The notes under the pieces: model-generated
Told to the model about the DNA's origin: nothing
The model's input: only the letters and a program-made list of their open reading frames with translations
Databases searched by the model: none
Position numbers and translations under genes: made by a program
From: an uncultured Chloroflexia bacterium
Lineage (GTDB): Bacteria > Chloroflexota > Limnocylindria > Limnocylindrales > CSP1-4
Direction: 5' to 3'
Length of the DNA: 64,000 bases
Assembly: GCA_963746405.1 (NCBI GenBank)
Contig: CAVVAV010000002.1
Location: forward strand, 908,414 to 972,413
Part shown: piece after piece, positions 1 through 9,721 of the stretch
How positions within the stretch are numbered: position 1 is the first letter of the stretch
Layout: each line of letters begins with the position of its first letter

Positions 1-1
1 C

Positions 2-532
2 ACGGAGCTGCTCGCTGCTCTCGCCGACGCCGGCCACCGGATGGGGATGCGTGTCTGGCTGGCGCAGAAGGAGCAGGCTCGGCGGCATGGCACCGCCACG
101 CTCGCGAGTCTGCTGAGCGAGCGCGAGCAGACCATCGGCCTGGGCGGGATCGCCCGGCCCGTCCCCGAGCTCGCCGACGTCGATGCGATCTGGTACATCC
201 GGAGCAAGGTCGCGTTGCTGTTCGAGGTGGAGTGGACGGCCGTCCTGGGCGAGCCGTTGCTGCGCCGGCACCCCCGGATCGGGACCGACGAGCGGCTCAT
301 CCGGTTCCTGGCCGTCGCCCCGGAGCGGACGGACCTCGTCCGCCACAAGCTGGAGCGCTCGCCGCTGCTGCGCGCCGCCATGGACGAGTACGGCTGGCAC
401 GTCATCAAGTGGGATCACCTCCGGGCATTCCTCGCGACGGACCAGCCCGATCTCGACGACCTGGAGCCGCTCCTGGGTCTGGACCCGGTCGTCGAGCGCG
501 GCGGCGAACAGATGCCGCTCTTCGATGGCTGA
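2..532 (+). CDS. hypothetical protein, 5'-truncated at window edge
   Basis: ORF 41..532 has no in-frame stop back to position 2, so the gene most likely begins outside the window. No recognisable motif. Confidence 0.35.
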   Translation, partial: TELLAALADAGHRMGMRVWLAQKEQARRHGTATLASLLSEREQTIGLGGIARPVPELADVDAIWYIRSKVALLFEVEWTAVLGEPLLRRHPRIGTDERLIRFLAVAPERTDLVRHKLERSPLLRAAMDEYGWHVIKWDHLRAFLATDQPDLDDLEPLLGLDPVVERGGEQMPLFDG

Positions 533-591
533 GGCGTCCTGCACGCTACCCTAGGCTCCGACAGTCCGCGGCCGTCGAAGCCGGCCGCGCG

Positions 592-2301
592 ATGGAGCGC
601 GCAGGGGGAGGCACGAGACCCGAGATGACCCAAGAACGTTCTGCCGTGGACGCCTTGTCCGACCGGTACTGGGAAAGCGTCCTCGAGCTCGATCCGACGA
701 CCGCCACGTTCTACGGCGACGAGCGGTATGCCGACCGCCTCGAGGACCCATCGCCGGCCGGCCGATCGAAGGTCCGCGCGCTCATGGAACGGACGGCGAC
801 GGAGGCGGCGGCCATCCCCGTCGACGGCCTTTCGACCGAAGAGCGCATCACCCGCGACATGCTCCAGGTCATCGGGGAGCTGCGTATCGAGGAGGACGAC
901 CAGGGCCTCCACCAGTTGCGGGTCGTCGACCAGATGGGCGGGCCCCAGCAGCTGCTGCCCCAGCTGACACAGTTCCAGCCCGTCGACACGAGGGAACGCC
1001 TCGACGCATTCATCGCGCGGCTGCACGCCTACCCGGCGTTCATGGCCGCCAACGCCGACATCCTGCGCGAGGCGCTCGGTACCGGTCTGACGGCGCCTTC
1101 GATCGTGACGGAGCGGACGATCGCGCAGATCGAGCGGATGCTGGCGATCCCGATCGAGGACGCGATCATCCCCTCGAGCGTACAGGGCGCCTCGGACACG
1201 GATCGCGAGCGCATCCGGGACATCGTCCGCGATGTCGTCTATCCGGCGGACGCCGCCTTCCTCGAGGCGCTGAGCGGCGAGTACCGTCATGCCAGCCGGG
1301 AGGAGCCGGGGATCTGGTCGGCACCCAACGGGGATGCCATCTACCGCACGGCGATCCGCAGCTGGACGACCCTGGACATGGACCCGCGCGAGATCCATCA
1401 GATCGGCCTTGACGAGCTTGAGACGATCGAGGACCAGCGTCGCGAGATCTCGCGGGCGGCGGGTTTCGGCGACGACACCGCGGCGTATCGCACCAGCCTC
1501 GGGGAGGACGCGGCCAACACGCCGCGGACGAAGGACGAGCTGGTACAGCGCGCGACGGAGGACATCGATCGGGCGATGGCCGCGGCTCCGGGCTACTTCG
1601 GCACGCTCCCCAAGGCCGGACTCGACGTCCGCCCGGTCGAGGAATACAAGGAACGGGACGCGCCCTTCGCCTACTACTACCCGCCGGCAGCCGACGGCTC
1701 CCGCGACGGCATCTACTACGCCAACGGCTTCGATCTCCAGTCGCGCAAGTACACGAAGCTCGCGTCGACGACGTACCACGAGGCGGCGCCAGGCCACCAC
1801 TTCCAGATCGCCCTCGAGATGGAGAATCCGCGCCTCAACACGTTCCGGCGTCTCGGCGCGCGGCAGGTCGGCGGCGCCTACGTCGAGGGCTGGGGGCTAT
1901 ACAGCGAGCGCCTGGCCGACGAGATGGGCCTCTACCGGTCCGAGGGCGAGCGGTTCGGCATGCTCGATGCGCAGGCATGGCGAGCCGCCCGACTGGTCGT
2001 CGATACCGGCCTGCATGCGCTGCGCTGGGAGCGTCAGCGCTCGATCGACTTCCTGCGCGACGTGGGCCTGTCCGAGACGGACGCCGTGATCGAGACCGAC
2101 CGCTACATCTGCTGGCCGGGGCAGGCCCTGACGTACAAGCTGGGGCAGCGCCAGATCGAGCAGCTGCGACGGGAGATCTCGGAGCGCGACGGCGGGCGGT
2201 TCGACCTGCGCGAGTTCCACGACCAGGTGCTGGGACACGGGTCGCTGCCGCTCACCACGCTCGCTCGCGAGCTGCCGAGCTGGGTCGCCACACCGGCCTG
2301 A
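592..2301 (+). CDS. DUF885 family protein (putative metallopeptidase-like)
   Basis: The N-terminus after ATG 592 (alternative ATG 625) reads LSDRYWESVLELDPTTATFYGDERY, and the protein carries a HEAAPGHHFQ motif. Both are characteristic of DUF885 as I remember it. The longer upstream extension of ORF 232..2301 looks non-coding. Confidence 0.6.
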   Translation: MERAGGGTRPEMTQERSAVDALSDRYWESVLELDPTTATFYGDERYADRLEDPSPAGRSKVRALMERTATEAAAIPVDGLSTEERITRDMLQVIGELRIEEDDQGLHQLRVVDQMGGPQQLLPQLTQFQPVDTRERLDAFIARLHAYPAFMAANADILREALGTGLTAPSIVTERTIAQIERMLAIPIEDAIIPSSVQGASDTDRERIRDIVRDVVYPADAAFLEALSGEYRHASREEPGIWSAPNGDAIYRTAIRSWTTLDMDPREIHQIGLDELETIEDQRREISRAAGFGDDTAAYRTSLGEDAANTPRTKDELVQRATEDIDRAMAAAPGYFGTLPKAGLDVRPVEEYKERDAPFAYYYPPAADGSRDGIYYANGFDLQSRKYTKLASTTYHEAAPGHHFQIALEMENPRLNTFRRLGARQVGGAYVEGWGLYSERLADEMGLYRSEGERFGMLDAQAWRAARLVVDTGLHALRWERQRSIDFLRDVGLSETDAVIETDRYICWPGQALTYKLGQRQIEQLRREISERDGGRFDLREFHDQVLGHGSLPLTTLARELPSWVATPA

Positions 2302-2471
2302 TCGATCGGCCCCCGCCGCGGCCACCGGCCGCCGCGAGCCGGTGCCGACGCGCACCGGCAGTTCGCGGGCCCAGCTCCGTGGTGCGGCCCGTTTCACTTG
2401 CCGTTGACGCGCGGGTGGGGGACCATAACGGACCCCACCGAACGCCCCTGCAGTGCACCCAGGAGGTCTCG

Positions 2472-4244
2472 ATGCACCGTCCACGGCTCGTGCCCCACCG
2501 TCGCCGGCTCCAGCTCACCGCCCTGCTCGTCATCGCCGCGCTCACCGTCGGCGTGGTGCCCACCATGGCCGCGGGCGGGGGCACGAAGACGAGCCAGGCT
2601 GCCATGCTGACCCCGGTCGGTGCCGGAGTCACCGTCACGCCCCTCATCACGGTCGGCGAGACCGCCGGGGATGACGGCTACATCTTCGAGTCGGTGCCGG
2701 ACGGCATCGCGGTGAAGGTGCGCAACAACGCGATCGCCGAGGTGTACGTCAATCACGAGACCTCGCGCGTCCCCTTCCCGTACACCCCGTCCGCGCCGAC
2801 CGAGCTCAACTCGCAGAACGACTTCGACAACGCGCAGGTCAGCAAGCTGTCGCTGCACCGCAAGAGCGCCGGGGTGCTGAGCGGCACCATGGTCATCACC
2901 AGCGACAGCAACTACCAGCGCTTCTGCTCCAGCTACCTGGCGACGGCGGCGGAGGGTTTCGACCGCGAGATCCTCTTCACGAACGAGGAGAGCATCGACT
3001 GGGTCAACCGCAGCGGCAACGCCTGGCCGGCGGTCATCGGGGCTGATGAGGCGCGGCAGTCCGGCGTCGTGGTGGCCTTCGACGTGAAGAGCCGCGCGCA
3101 GCGGCCGATCTGGGGCATGGGTCGCCACAACCACGAGAATTCCGTGCCGATCCCCGGGTACGACGATGTGGTGCTGCTGTCGGGCGACGACACCTTCACC
3201 AACAATCCGTCGCAATCGCAGCTCTACTCGTATATCGCGCCGGATGCCGACGCGGTATGGAACGATCAGGGTTCGCTCTGGGCATTCCAGGCGAACGGGC
3301 CGAAGCAGAAGTACGAGGACTTCGTGCCGGGTGACGCGAGCCCGGTCAGCGGCCAGTTCATCCCGGTCCCGCGCCTCATCGCCACGGGCCGCAACCCCGA
3401 CGGCACCGACCTGATGGCAGCCGACGTGCCGCCCGAGCTCGGCGGCCCATACCCGCCACCACCCAACAACAGCACGTGGCAGCGCGACCCGAACGGCATC
3501 GGCATCGACGGACCCCAGTGGGTCCTCGATTACTGGTCGCGGCTGCCGGAGAACCATGTCTTCGGCTTCGTCCGGGTCGAGGACATCGCGTACGACAAGC
3601 GCGCGGGCATGGACAACGTCGTCTACATCGTCGATTCCGGGCGCGGCACTGTGCCGACCCAACCCGCGCCGCCCGCCCCACCCGTGCCGACGTTCGGTCC
3701 GGGGCTCTCGACGAATGGCCGGGTCTGGAAGATGGTGCTCGACCCGAACGACCCCAAGAAGGTCACCGCGATGTCGATCCTCATCGAGGGGGACGACGCC
3801 CCGGTCAAGGCCGTCAACGAGGTCCATCAGCCCGACAACATCGAGACGACCGTGAACGGCATCTACCTCACCGAGGATCCCGGTTCGAGCCAGCAGTTCC
3901 CCGTCGGGTCCACGGATCCGGCGGCCACCACGGCTCGCGTCTGGCGATACGACCTCGCGTCGGGTCAGACGCGGGTCGTGCTCAAGGTCGACCAGTCGGC
4001 CGACGAGGGCCCGACCGATGTCGACGCCACGACCGCACGTGGCAACCTTGGCGCCTGGGAATCGAGCGGCATCGTGGACGCCTCGGCGGCCTTCGGGCCG
4101 GGCGCGTTCCTGATCGACGTGCAGGCCGGCACGCTGTGGGTCGAGAAGGCTCCGGGTGACGACAACGTTCCGCCGCCTGGCCCCGACTTCACCGACAAGC
4201 GGGCCGGTGGGCAGCTGCTGCTCGTTCGCATCCAGGGCGCCTGA
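2472..4244 (+). CDS. secreted protein, PhoX/DUF839-like (putative phosphatase; family call tentative)
   Basis: ATG 2472 is preceded by AGGAGG. There is an N-terminal signal peptide (LQLTALLVIAALTVGVVPTMAAGG). The body is about 590 aa of Gly/Asp/Asn-rich, beta-rich sequence. The PhoX/DUF839 resemblance is from memory only. Confidence 0.4.
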   Translation: MHRPRLVPHRRRLQLTALLVIAALTVGVVPTMAAGGGTKTSQAAMLTPVGAGVTVTPLITVGETAGDDGYIFESVPDGIAVKVRNNAIAEVYVNHETSRVPFPYTPSAPTELNSQNDFDNAQVSKLSLHRKSAGVLSGTMVITSDSNYQRFCSSYLATAAEGFDREILFTNEESIDWVNRSGNAWPAVIGADEARQSGVVVAFDVKSRAQRPIWGMGRHNHENSVPIPGYDDVVLLSGDDTFTNNPSQSQLYSYIAPDADAVWNDQGSLWAFQANGPKQKYEDFVPGDASPVSGQFIPVPRLIATGRNPDGTDLMAADVPPELGGPYPPPPNNSTWQRDPNGIGIDGPQWVLDYWSRLPENHVFGFVRVEDIAYDKRAGMDNVVYIVDSGRGTVPTQPAPPAPPVPTFGPGLSTNGRVWKMVLDPNDPKKVTAMSILIEGDDAPVKAVNEVHQPDNIETTVNGIYLTEDPGSSQQFPVGSTDPAATTARVWRYDLASGQTRVVLKVDQSADEGPTDVDATTARGNLGAWESSGIVDASAAFGPGAFLIDVQAGTLWVEKAPGDDNVPPPGPDFTDKRAGGQLLLVRIQGA

Positions 4245-4309
4245 CGTCCGGCCGTGATCGCGGCCCACATCGACGACGAAGCCCGCCGGCCCGGCGGGCT
4301 TCGTCGTGT

Positions 4310-5704
4310 CTATGAGTCGAAGCCGATCCCCAGGGCGTCGAGCGTCCTGAGGAGGACCCCACGGCGTCCCTCGCTTCGATCCGCGCGGTCGAGCTCGTGG
4401 CGGACGATGTCGATGGTCAGGGAGCGGAGCGGCTCGGGCGGGAAGGGCACGGGCGGCGAGGTCACGATCCGCAACCGCAGGCGGTCCTCGTCCGGTCGAA
4501 GGATGAAGTCGCGAACCACGCCGGCGGCCCATCGGCTGGCCCCGACGCCCAGGCCGGTGTAGCCCAGCGCGTAGGTTACCCGGCCGCCCATCGTCTGACC
4601 GAAGGTCACGGTGAACCGCGACGTCGTGTCGATCGCGCCGCCCCAGCGGTACGAGAACGCGAGACCCTCGAGCTGCGGGAAGGCCCGGAAGAATTGCGCC
4701 TCGAGCCGTTCGAAGCTGGCCGGGCGTGTATCGAGCTCCGCCGCCACTCGGCTGCCGAAATGATGGATCGCGTCGTACCCGCCCCACAGGATACGGTCGT
4801 CGGCCGTCAACCGGAAGTAGTGGAACTGGTTGTTGCCGGCGCTGAGACCCTGACGCCGTTCCCAGCCGATCGCGGCCCGTTGCGGTGGCGTCAGGGGTTC
4901 CGACACGAGGGCATAGTCGTAGACCGGCACGAAGAGCGGAGCGAGGCGGCGCAGCCAGCCGGAATAGGCCGACGTGGCGACGACCACGTGGCCTGCCCGG
5001 ACAGTCGCACCGCCGGCCGTCGTCAGCGCGACGCCGCCCGCCCGCCGGGCGAGGCGGGTCACCCGTGTGCCCTCGTGGACGCCGACGCCCCGCTCCCGCA
5101 CCACCCGCGCGAGTCCCCGACACAGCTTTGCGGGATCCAGCAGGACGTCGCGCCCGGGGGGCCGGTACAGGCCGGCCTGCCACAACGGGGAGTGGACCTC
5201 GGCCTGTGCCGCATCGCGGTCCAGGAACTCCAGGTGCTCGCCGTGTTCGGCAGCCTCGTCGACCCATGACCGGAACTCGTCGACCTGGTACGGCTGGTCG
5301 GCCAGGGCGAGGGTGCCGGTCTCCTCCAGGTCGCAGTCGATCGCGTGCTCGCGTGTGAACGCGATCAGGGCGCGCAGGTTCTCGATCCCCTCCTGTTCGA
5401 GCCGGGGCAACTCAGCGGGGAAATGCTTGATGCCGTTCGCGAGGCCGTGGGTGAGGCTGGCCTCGCAGAAGCCGCCGTTGCGACCGCTGGCCCCGAACGC
5501 GACGGTCTCGGCCTCCAGCACGGCGATCCGGAGCGATGGGTCGGTGTCGGTCAAGGCGATGGCGGTCCACAGCCCAGTGAAGCCCGCGCCGACGACCGCG
5601 ATGTCGACGACGAGGTCTCCCCCGGCCGCCAGCGGCGGATCGGCGGGCGCACCCGGATCGCGCAGCCAGTACCCCACCGGGATGTGCGGGCCGGGTCGTT
5701 GCAT
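4310..5704 (-). CDS. FAD-dependent oxidoreductase (DAO family, gamma-glutamylputrescine oxidase-like)
   Basis: Rossmann dinucleotide motif DIAVVGAGFTGLWTA near the N-terminus. The ATG at 5704 lies inside the longer GTG ORF that runs to 5710. Confidence 0.65.
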   Translation of the reverse strand: MQRPGPHIPVGYWLRDPGAPADPPLAAGGDLVVDIAVVGAGFTGLWTAIALTDTDPSLRIAVLEAETVAFGASGRNGGFCEASLTHGLANGIKHFPAELPRLEQEGIENLRALIAFTREHAIDCDLEETGTLALADQPYQVDEFRSWVDEAAEHGEHLEFLDRDAAQAEVHSPLWQAGLYRPPGRDVLLDPAKLCRGLARVVRERGVGVHEGTRVTRLARRAGGVALTTAGGATVRAGHVVVATSAYSGWLRRLAPLFVPVYDYALVSEPLTPPQRAAIGWERRQGLSAGNNQFHYFRLTADDRILWGGYDAIHHFGSRVAAELDTRPASFERLEAQFFRAFPQLEGLAFSYRWGGAIDTTSRFTVTFGQTMGGRVTYALGYTGLGVGASRWAAGVVRDFILRPDEDRLRLRIVTSPPVPFPPEPLRSLTIDIVRHELDRADRSEGRRGVLLRTLDALGIGFDS

Positions 5705-5799
5705 GAGCACGAAGTCTAGCCACGCGGGTCGCCCCGCGACTACGCTCGTCGCGGGGTCTTGGACGGCGGTCGGACCGATCGCACCGAAGGGAGGGCGAG

Positions 5800-6228
5800 A
5801 TGAGCCTTGATCTGCTGGATCAACTCAACTGGGTGGCGGTGCTGGTGGGCGCCGTGATCTACTTCGCGATCGGGGCGGTGTGGTTCGCGCCGCCGCTGTT
5901 TGGGCGGCCATGGATGGCGTCGATCGGCTGGGACGAGTCGCGCCCGCGGCCGGAGATGAACCCCGTGAGCTATGCCGGACCGGCGCTCTTCTATCTCGTG
6001 TCGGCGATCGCTACCGGCCTCCTGGCCGTGGCCACCGCCAGTGATACGCTCGCGGAGGGCATGATCCTGGGCCTGGTCGTGGGCGTCGGCTACGCGCTCA
6101 CCGTGACCGCGACGGACGCCGTATTCGACCCCAACAAGCCCCGGCCGTGGACCTGGTTCGCGATCAGCGGCGCCTACCATGTGGTGTCCCTGCTCATCGT
6201 CGCAGTGTTGGTCGCGATCTGGAGGTGA
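5800..6228 (+). CDS. DUF1761 family membrane protein
   Basis: 142 aa with three or four predicted TM helices. The N-terminus VLVGAVIYFAIGAVWFAPPLFGRPW is typical of DUF1761. Confidence 0.5.
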   Translation: MSLDLLDQLNWVAVLVGAVIYFAIGAVWFAPPLFGRPWMASIGWDESRPRPEMNPVSYAGPALFYLVSAIATGLLAVATASDTLAEGMILGLVVGVGYALTVTATDAVFDPNKPRPWTWFAISGAYHVVSLLIVAVLVAIWR

Positions 6229-6375
6229 CGCCCGTCGCCCCGCGCGTCCCACCGGATAGGGCCCGCAGGCTCACGCCATTCGTCGGGTATCGACCATCGG
6301 GACACGAATCTCGCATTGACGCCGCAAATGGGCCTATGGCACGATGGCGGGACTGCCGTCCCGCATCGCGCAACG

Positions 6376-6393
6376 CGCGTCCCATGGGACGCG
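6376..6393. promoter_or_regulatory. perfect 18-bp palindrome CGCGTCCCATGGGACGCG, candidate operator
   Basis: Seen directly in the sequence. It sits about 45 nt upstream of the class-III aminotransferase start, and an IclR regulator gene follows that aminotransferase. Confidence 0.4.
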
Positions 6394-6437
6394 TCTCCGC
6401 GCTCGTCGACCGGACCGCCCGCAGATAGAGGACCTTG

Positions 6438-7835
6438 ATGGCCACGGAACCCGCCGCCCGGACCACGCCCACGCTCCGTCGCGACGCCCAGTCCGCGCTG
6501 TATCGGCGCGCCCTCGAAACGCTGCCCGGCGGCACCGATTCCAACTTCCGGGCGTGGGGCGAGAGCACGATCTACGTGGACCGCGGCAAGGGCGGCAAGG
6601 TGTGGGACGTCGACGGCAACGAGTACGTCGACCTGCGGATGGGCTACGGGCCGGTGATCCTTGGGCACGCCGACGAGCGCGTCGACGACTACGTCAACGA
6701 GCGCATGCGGCAGGGCGTCAGCTTCAGCCTGACGAGCGAGGACGAGGTCCGCGCGATGGAGCTCGTCAAGGAGCTCACGGGCTGGGTCGATATGGCCCGC
6801 ATGACCGTGTCCGGGACCGAGGCGACGATGCACGCGATGCGCATCGCTCGCGCCTACACGGGCCGCGAGAAGATCGTGAAGTTCGAGGGCCAGTACCACG
6901 GCGTCCACGACTACGCGCTGATCAGCGTCGGTCCGGACGACATGTCGGAGCTCGGCGATGCCGACGCGCCGGTCGCACTGGCGTGGGGCCGCGGCATCCC
7001 CGGCGCGGTCGCCGACACGATCATCCCCGCGCGCTACAACAACATCGGTGCGCTGCGCACCATCTTCGAGCGCCACGGCGAGGAGATCGCCGCGATCATC
7101 GTGGAGCCGGTCCTCGGCAACGCCCAGGGGATCATGCCGCAGGAAGGCTTCCACAAGGAGATGCGCGCCCTGACCGAGGAGTTCGGGATCCTCCTGATCT
7201 TCGACGAGGTCAAGACGGGGTTCCGGCTCGCCCGGGGCGGGGCCGCGGAATTCTTCGGGATCAAGCCCGATCTCGGCACATTCGCCAAGGCGATGGGCAA
7301 CGGCTATCCGGCCGCGGCGTTCGGTGGCCGGCGCGAGGTCATGGACATGCTGCCCGACAAGGTCAGCCACGGCGGCACATATGCGGGGAACCGCGTCGCG
7401 GCGGCGGCGGCTGTCAAGACACTCGAGATCATCCGCGACACGAACGCGCTCGAGACGATCCACGCGACGGGCCGGACGATCCAGGACGGCCTGCGCGAGA
7501 TCCTCGACCCGGTCGGCATCCCGTACCACTTCACGGGCCACCCCTCGATGTTCGGGATCATGTTCCGCGAGGAGGTCGCGACCGAATACCGCGACTGGGC
7601 GACGACCGACCACGAGCTGTACGACGCGATCGCCATCGGCATGCACGCCCGTGGCGCCATGCCCGAGCCCGACTCGCGCGAGCCGTGGTTCCTCTGCGAG
7701 GCGCACGCCGACGCCGACATCATCGACCGGGTGTTGACGGCGTTCTCCGACTCGCTCGACGCGGCGCTCGAAGACCGGGCGCACGGCGGCCACGCCGATC
7801 CCACGGGTGCGATGGCGCATCCGTCGGGCGGCTGA
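6438..7835 (+). CDS. class III (PLP-dependent) aminotransferase, glutamate-1-semialdehyde aminomutase-like
   Basis: Motifs TDSNFRAWGE, YVDLRMGYGPVILGHAD and the FDEVKTGFR lysine motif. The ATG at 6438 immediately follows a TTG at 6435. Confidence 0.7.
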   Translation: MATEPAARTTPTLRRDAQSALYRRALETLPGGTDSNFRAWGESTIYVDRGKGGKVWDVDGNEYVDLRMGYGPVILGHADERVDDYVNERMRQGVSFSLTSEDEVRAMELVKELTGWVDMARMTVSGTEATMHAMRIARAYTGREKIVKFEGQYHGVHDYALISVGPDDMSELGDADAPVALAWGRGIPGAVADTIIPARYNNIGALRTIFERHGEEIAAIIVEPVLGNAQGIMPQEGFHKEMRALTEEFGILLIFDEVKTGFRLARGGAAEFFGIKPDLGTFAKAMGNGYPAAAFGGRREVMDMLPDKVSHGGTYAGNRVAAAAAVKTLEIIRDTNALETIHATGRTIQDGLREILDPVGIPYHFTGHPSMFGIMFREEVATEYRDWATTDHELYDAIAIGMHARGAMPEPDSREPWFLCEAHADADIIDRVLTAFSDSLDAALEDRAHGGHADPTGAMAHPSGG

Positions 7836-7852
7836 TCGAAAGGGGCGGCTGG

Positions 7853-8656
7853 ATGGTGCTCGACGGCAACGCGGTCCGCTCCGTCGATCGCGCGGCCGCC
7901 CTCCTCCTGGCGCTCGGCGAATCACAGGGCGAGGCCGGCGTGACCGAGCTCGCCCGGCGGCTGGGCCTGCACAAGTCGACGGCATCCCGCCTGCTGGCCA
8001 CCCTCCAGAAGCGGGGCCTCGTCGAACAGGACGATGAGACCGGGAAGTACCGGCTCGGCCTGGTGGTCATCCGGCTCGCCGAGCGCGCCGAGCGCACGCT
8101 CGACCTCCGCGGGATCGCCTCGCCGGAGCTGGATCGACTCGCGCGCCTCACCCATGAGACGACGGGGATCGGGATCCTCGACGGCAATTCGCTGCTGACC
8201 GTGGCCCAGGCGGACGGACCGAACCTCATCGCCGTCGGCGACTGGACGGGGCGTGCCACGCCATTGCATTGCGTGGCGTCGGGCAAGGTGCTGATGTCCG
8301 CCCTGGCCGAACGGGACGTCCTGCGCATCGTCCGGCGGGGGCTCGTGAGCTACACCGAGCGGACGATCGTGGAGCTCGAGCCACTCCTCGAGGAGCTGGC
8401 GCGGATCCGGCGCCGCGGGTATGCCACGGCCATCGGCGAGTTCGAGCTGGGACTCAACGCGGTGGCGGCGCCCATCCACGACGCCCGCGGCAACGTGATC
8501 GCCGCCGTCGACGTCTGGGGGCCGGCGTTCCGGCTGACCCCGCGACGGATCCCGGAGCTCGCCGCCCAGGCCCGCGAGGCAGCGGCCGCCATCTCGGTCC
8601 GCCTAGGCGGCACGCCCCCCACCCGCCAACCCGCGCCGGTGACCGCCACGGCCTGA
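7853..8656 (+). CDS. IclR family transcriptional regulator
   Basis: N-terminal wHTH (VTELARRLGLHKSTASRLLATL) followed by an IclR-type effector domain. ATG at 7853. Confidence 0.75.
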   Translation: MVLDGNAVRSVDRAAALLLALGESQGEAGVTELARRLGLHKSTASRLLATLQKRGLVEQDDETGKYRLGLVVIRLAERAERTLDLRGIASPELDRLARLTHETTGIGILDGNSLLTVAQADGPNLIAVGDWTGRATPLHCVASGKVLMSALAERDVLRIVRRGLVSYTERTIVELEPLLEELARIRRRGYATAIGEFELGLNAVAAPIHDARGNVIAAVDVWGPAFRLTPRRIPELAAQAREAAAAISVRLGGTPPTRQPAPVTATA

Positions 8657-8704
8657 CCGGTCCCGCCCACGCGGACCGACCCTGCGACTCGCTACCCTTA
8701 AGCC

Positions 8705-9661
8705 ATGCCCGATTTCAGCGAGGCGCCCTGGAGCGACGTCGCGGCGTTCGCCCGTGAATCCCTGGTCCCCCTGGGCCTGATCCTCATCGTGGCCATCATC
8801 GCGCTGCGTCTCGCGAGCCTGTTCGTCCATGGCATCGTCAAGGCGCTGCTCGACCGCGAGGCGACCGAGGGCACGGCCCAGGAACTGAGCGCTGTCGAGC
8901 TGAAGAAGCGCATGGACACGCTCGACGGCCTCGGCGCGCACGCGATCCAGTTCTTCATCGTCGTCATCGCCGCGCTGATGGTGCTCGGGCAGCTGGGTCT
9001 GGATATCGGGCCGGCCGTCGCGGGGCTCGGGGTCATCGGGATCGCCGTCGGGTTCGGCGCGCAGACGCTCGTCCGTGACTACCTGAACGGGGCGCTGATC
9101 CTGCTCGAGAACCAGTTCTCGAAGGGTGACGTCGTGCGCCTGGCCGGGATCGACGGCACGGTCGAGGACTTCAACCTGCGGCGCACCACCGTGCGCGATC
9201 TCGACGGGGTCGTCCATACGGTGCCCAACGGGGAGATCAAGGTCGCCTCGAACCTCACCCGGGTTTGGGCCCGCATCAACGAGGACATCACCCTTGCCTA
9301 CGGCACGGATCTCGAAAAGGCCACTGAGATCGTCGACCAGGTCGGGCAGGAGCTCGCGGAGGATCCGGTCTGGAAGCGGCGGATCCTCGAACGGCCGCGG
9401 GTCGAGCGGATCGAGGCCCTCGGCGAGTACGGCGTCACCCTCAAGATCCTCGGCTCGGTCCGCGCGCCGGAGCAGTGGGCCGCCGGCGGTGAGTTCCGCA
9501 AGCGGCTCCTCACGGCCCTCGAGGCGAACGGGATCGAGATCCCGCGGCCCCAGCGCGTGGTCCTGTCCCGCGACCCGTCCGCCCTGGCCGCGGCCGGCCT
9601 CGCCGCCACTGGTCGCGCGGACGGAGCCGGGGACGAGGACCTCGTCACCGACTCCGACTGA
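8705..9661 (+). CDS. mechanosensitive ion channel family protein (MscS-like)
   Basis: TM helices followed by the MscS beta-domain motif GDVVRLAGIDGTVEDFNLRRTTVRDLDGVVHTVPNGEI. Confidence 0.7.
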   Translation: MPDFSEAPWSDVAAFARESLVPLGLILIVAIIALRLASLFVHGIVKALLDREATEGTAQELSAVELKKRMDTLDGLGAHAIQFFIVVIAALMVLGQLGLDIGPAVAGLGVIGIAVGFGAQTLVRDYLNGALILLENQFSKGDVVRLAGIDGTVEDFNLRRTTVRDLDGVVHTVPNGEIKVASNLTRVWARINEDITLAYGTDLEKATEIVDQVGQELAEDPVWKRRILERPRVERIEALGEYGVTLKILGSVRAPEQWAAGGEFRKRLLTALEANGIEIPRPQRVVLSRDPSALAAAGLAATGRADGAGDEDLVTDSD

Positions 9662-9721
9662 ACGACCGGCCCGCGGTACGATGGCCGGGCCACAGACGAC
9701 CACTCGAGTGGGGTACCTCCC

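Noticed and set aside
415-1800. Long antisense ORFs (for example 415..1800-, 2394..5267-, 6174..7985-, 8603..12049-, 16522..17658-, 25257..28109-) overlapping the called genes
   Set aside because: These are typical stop-codon-poor shadow ORFs of a ~70% GC genome. They are Arg/Pro/Gly-rich and have no domain motifs. The opposite-strand genes have clear family signatures.
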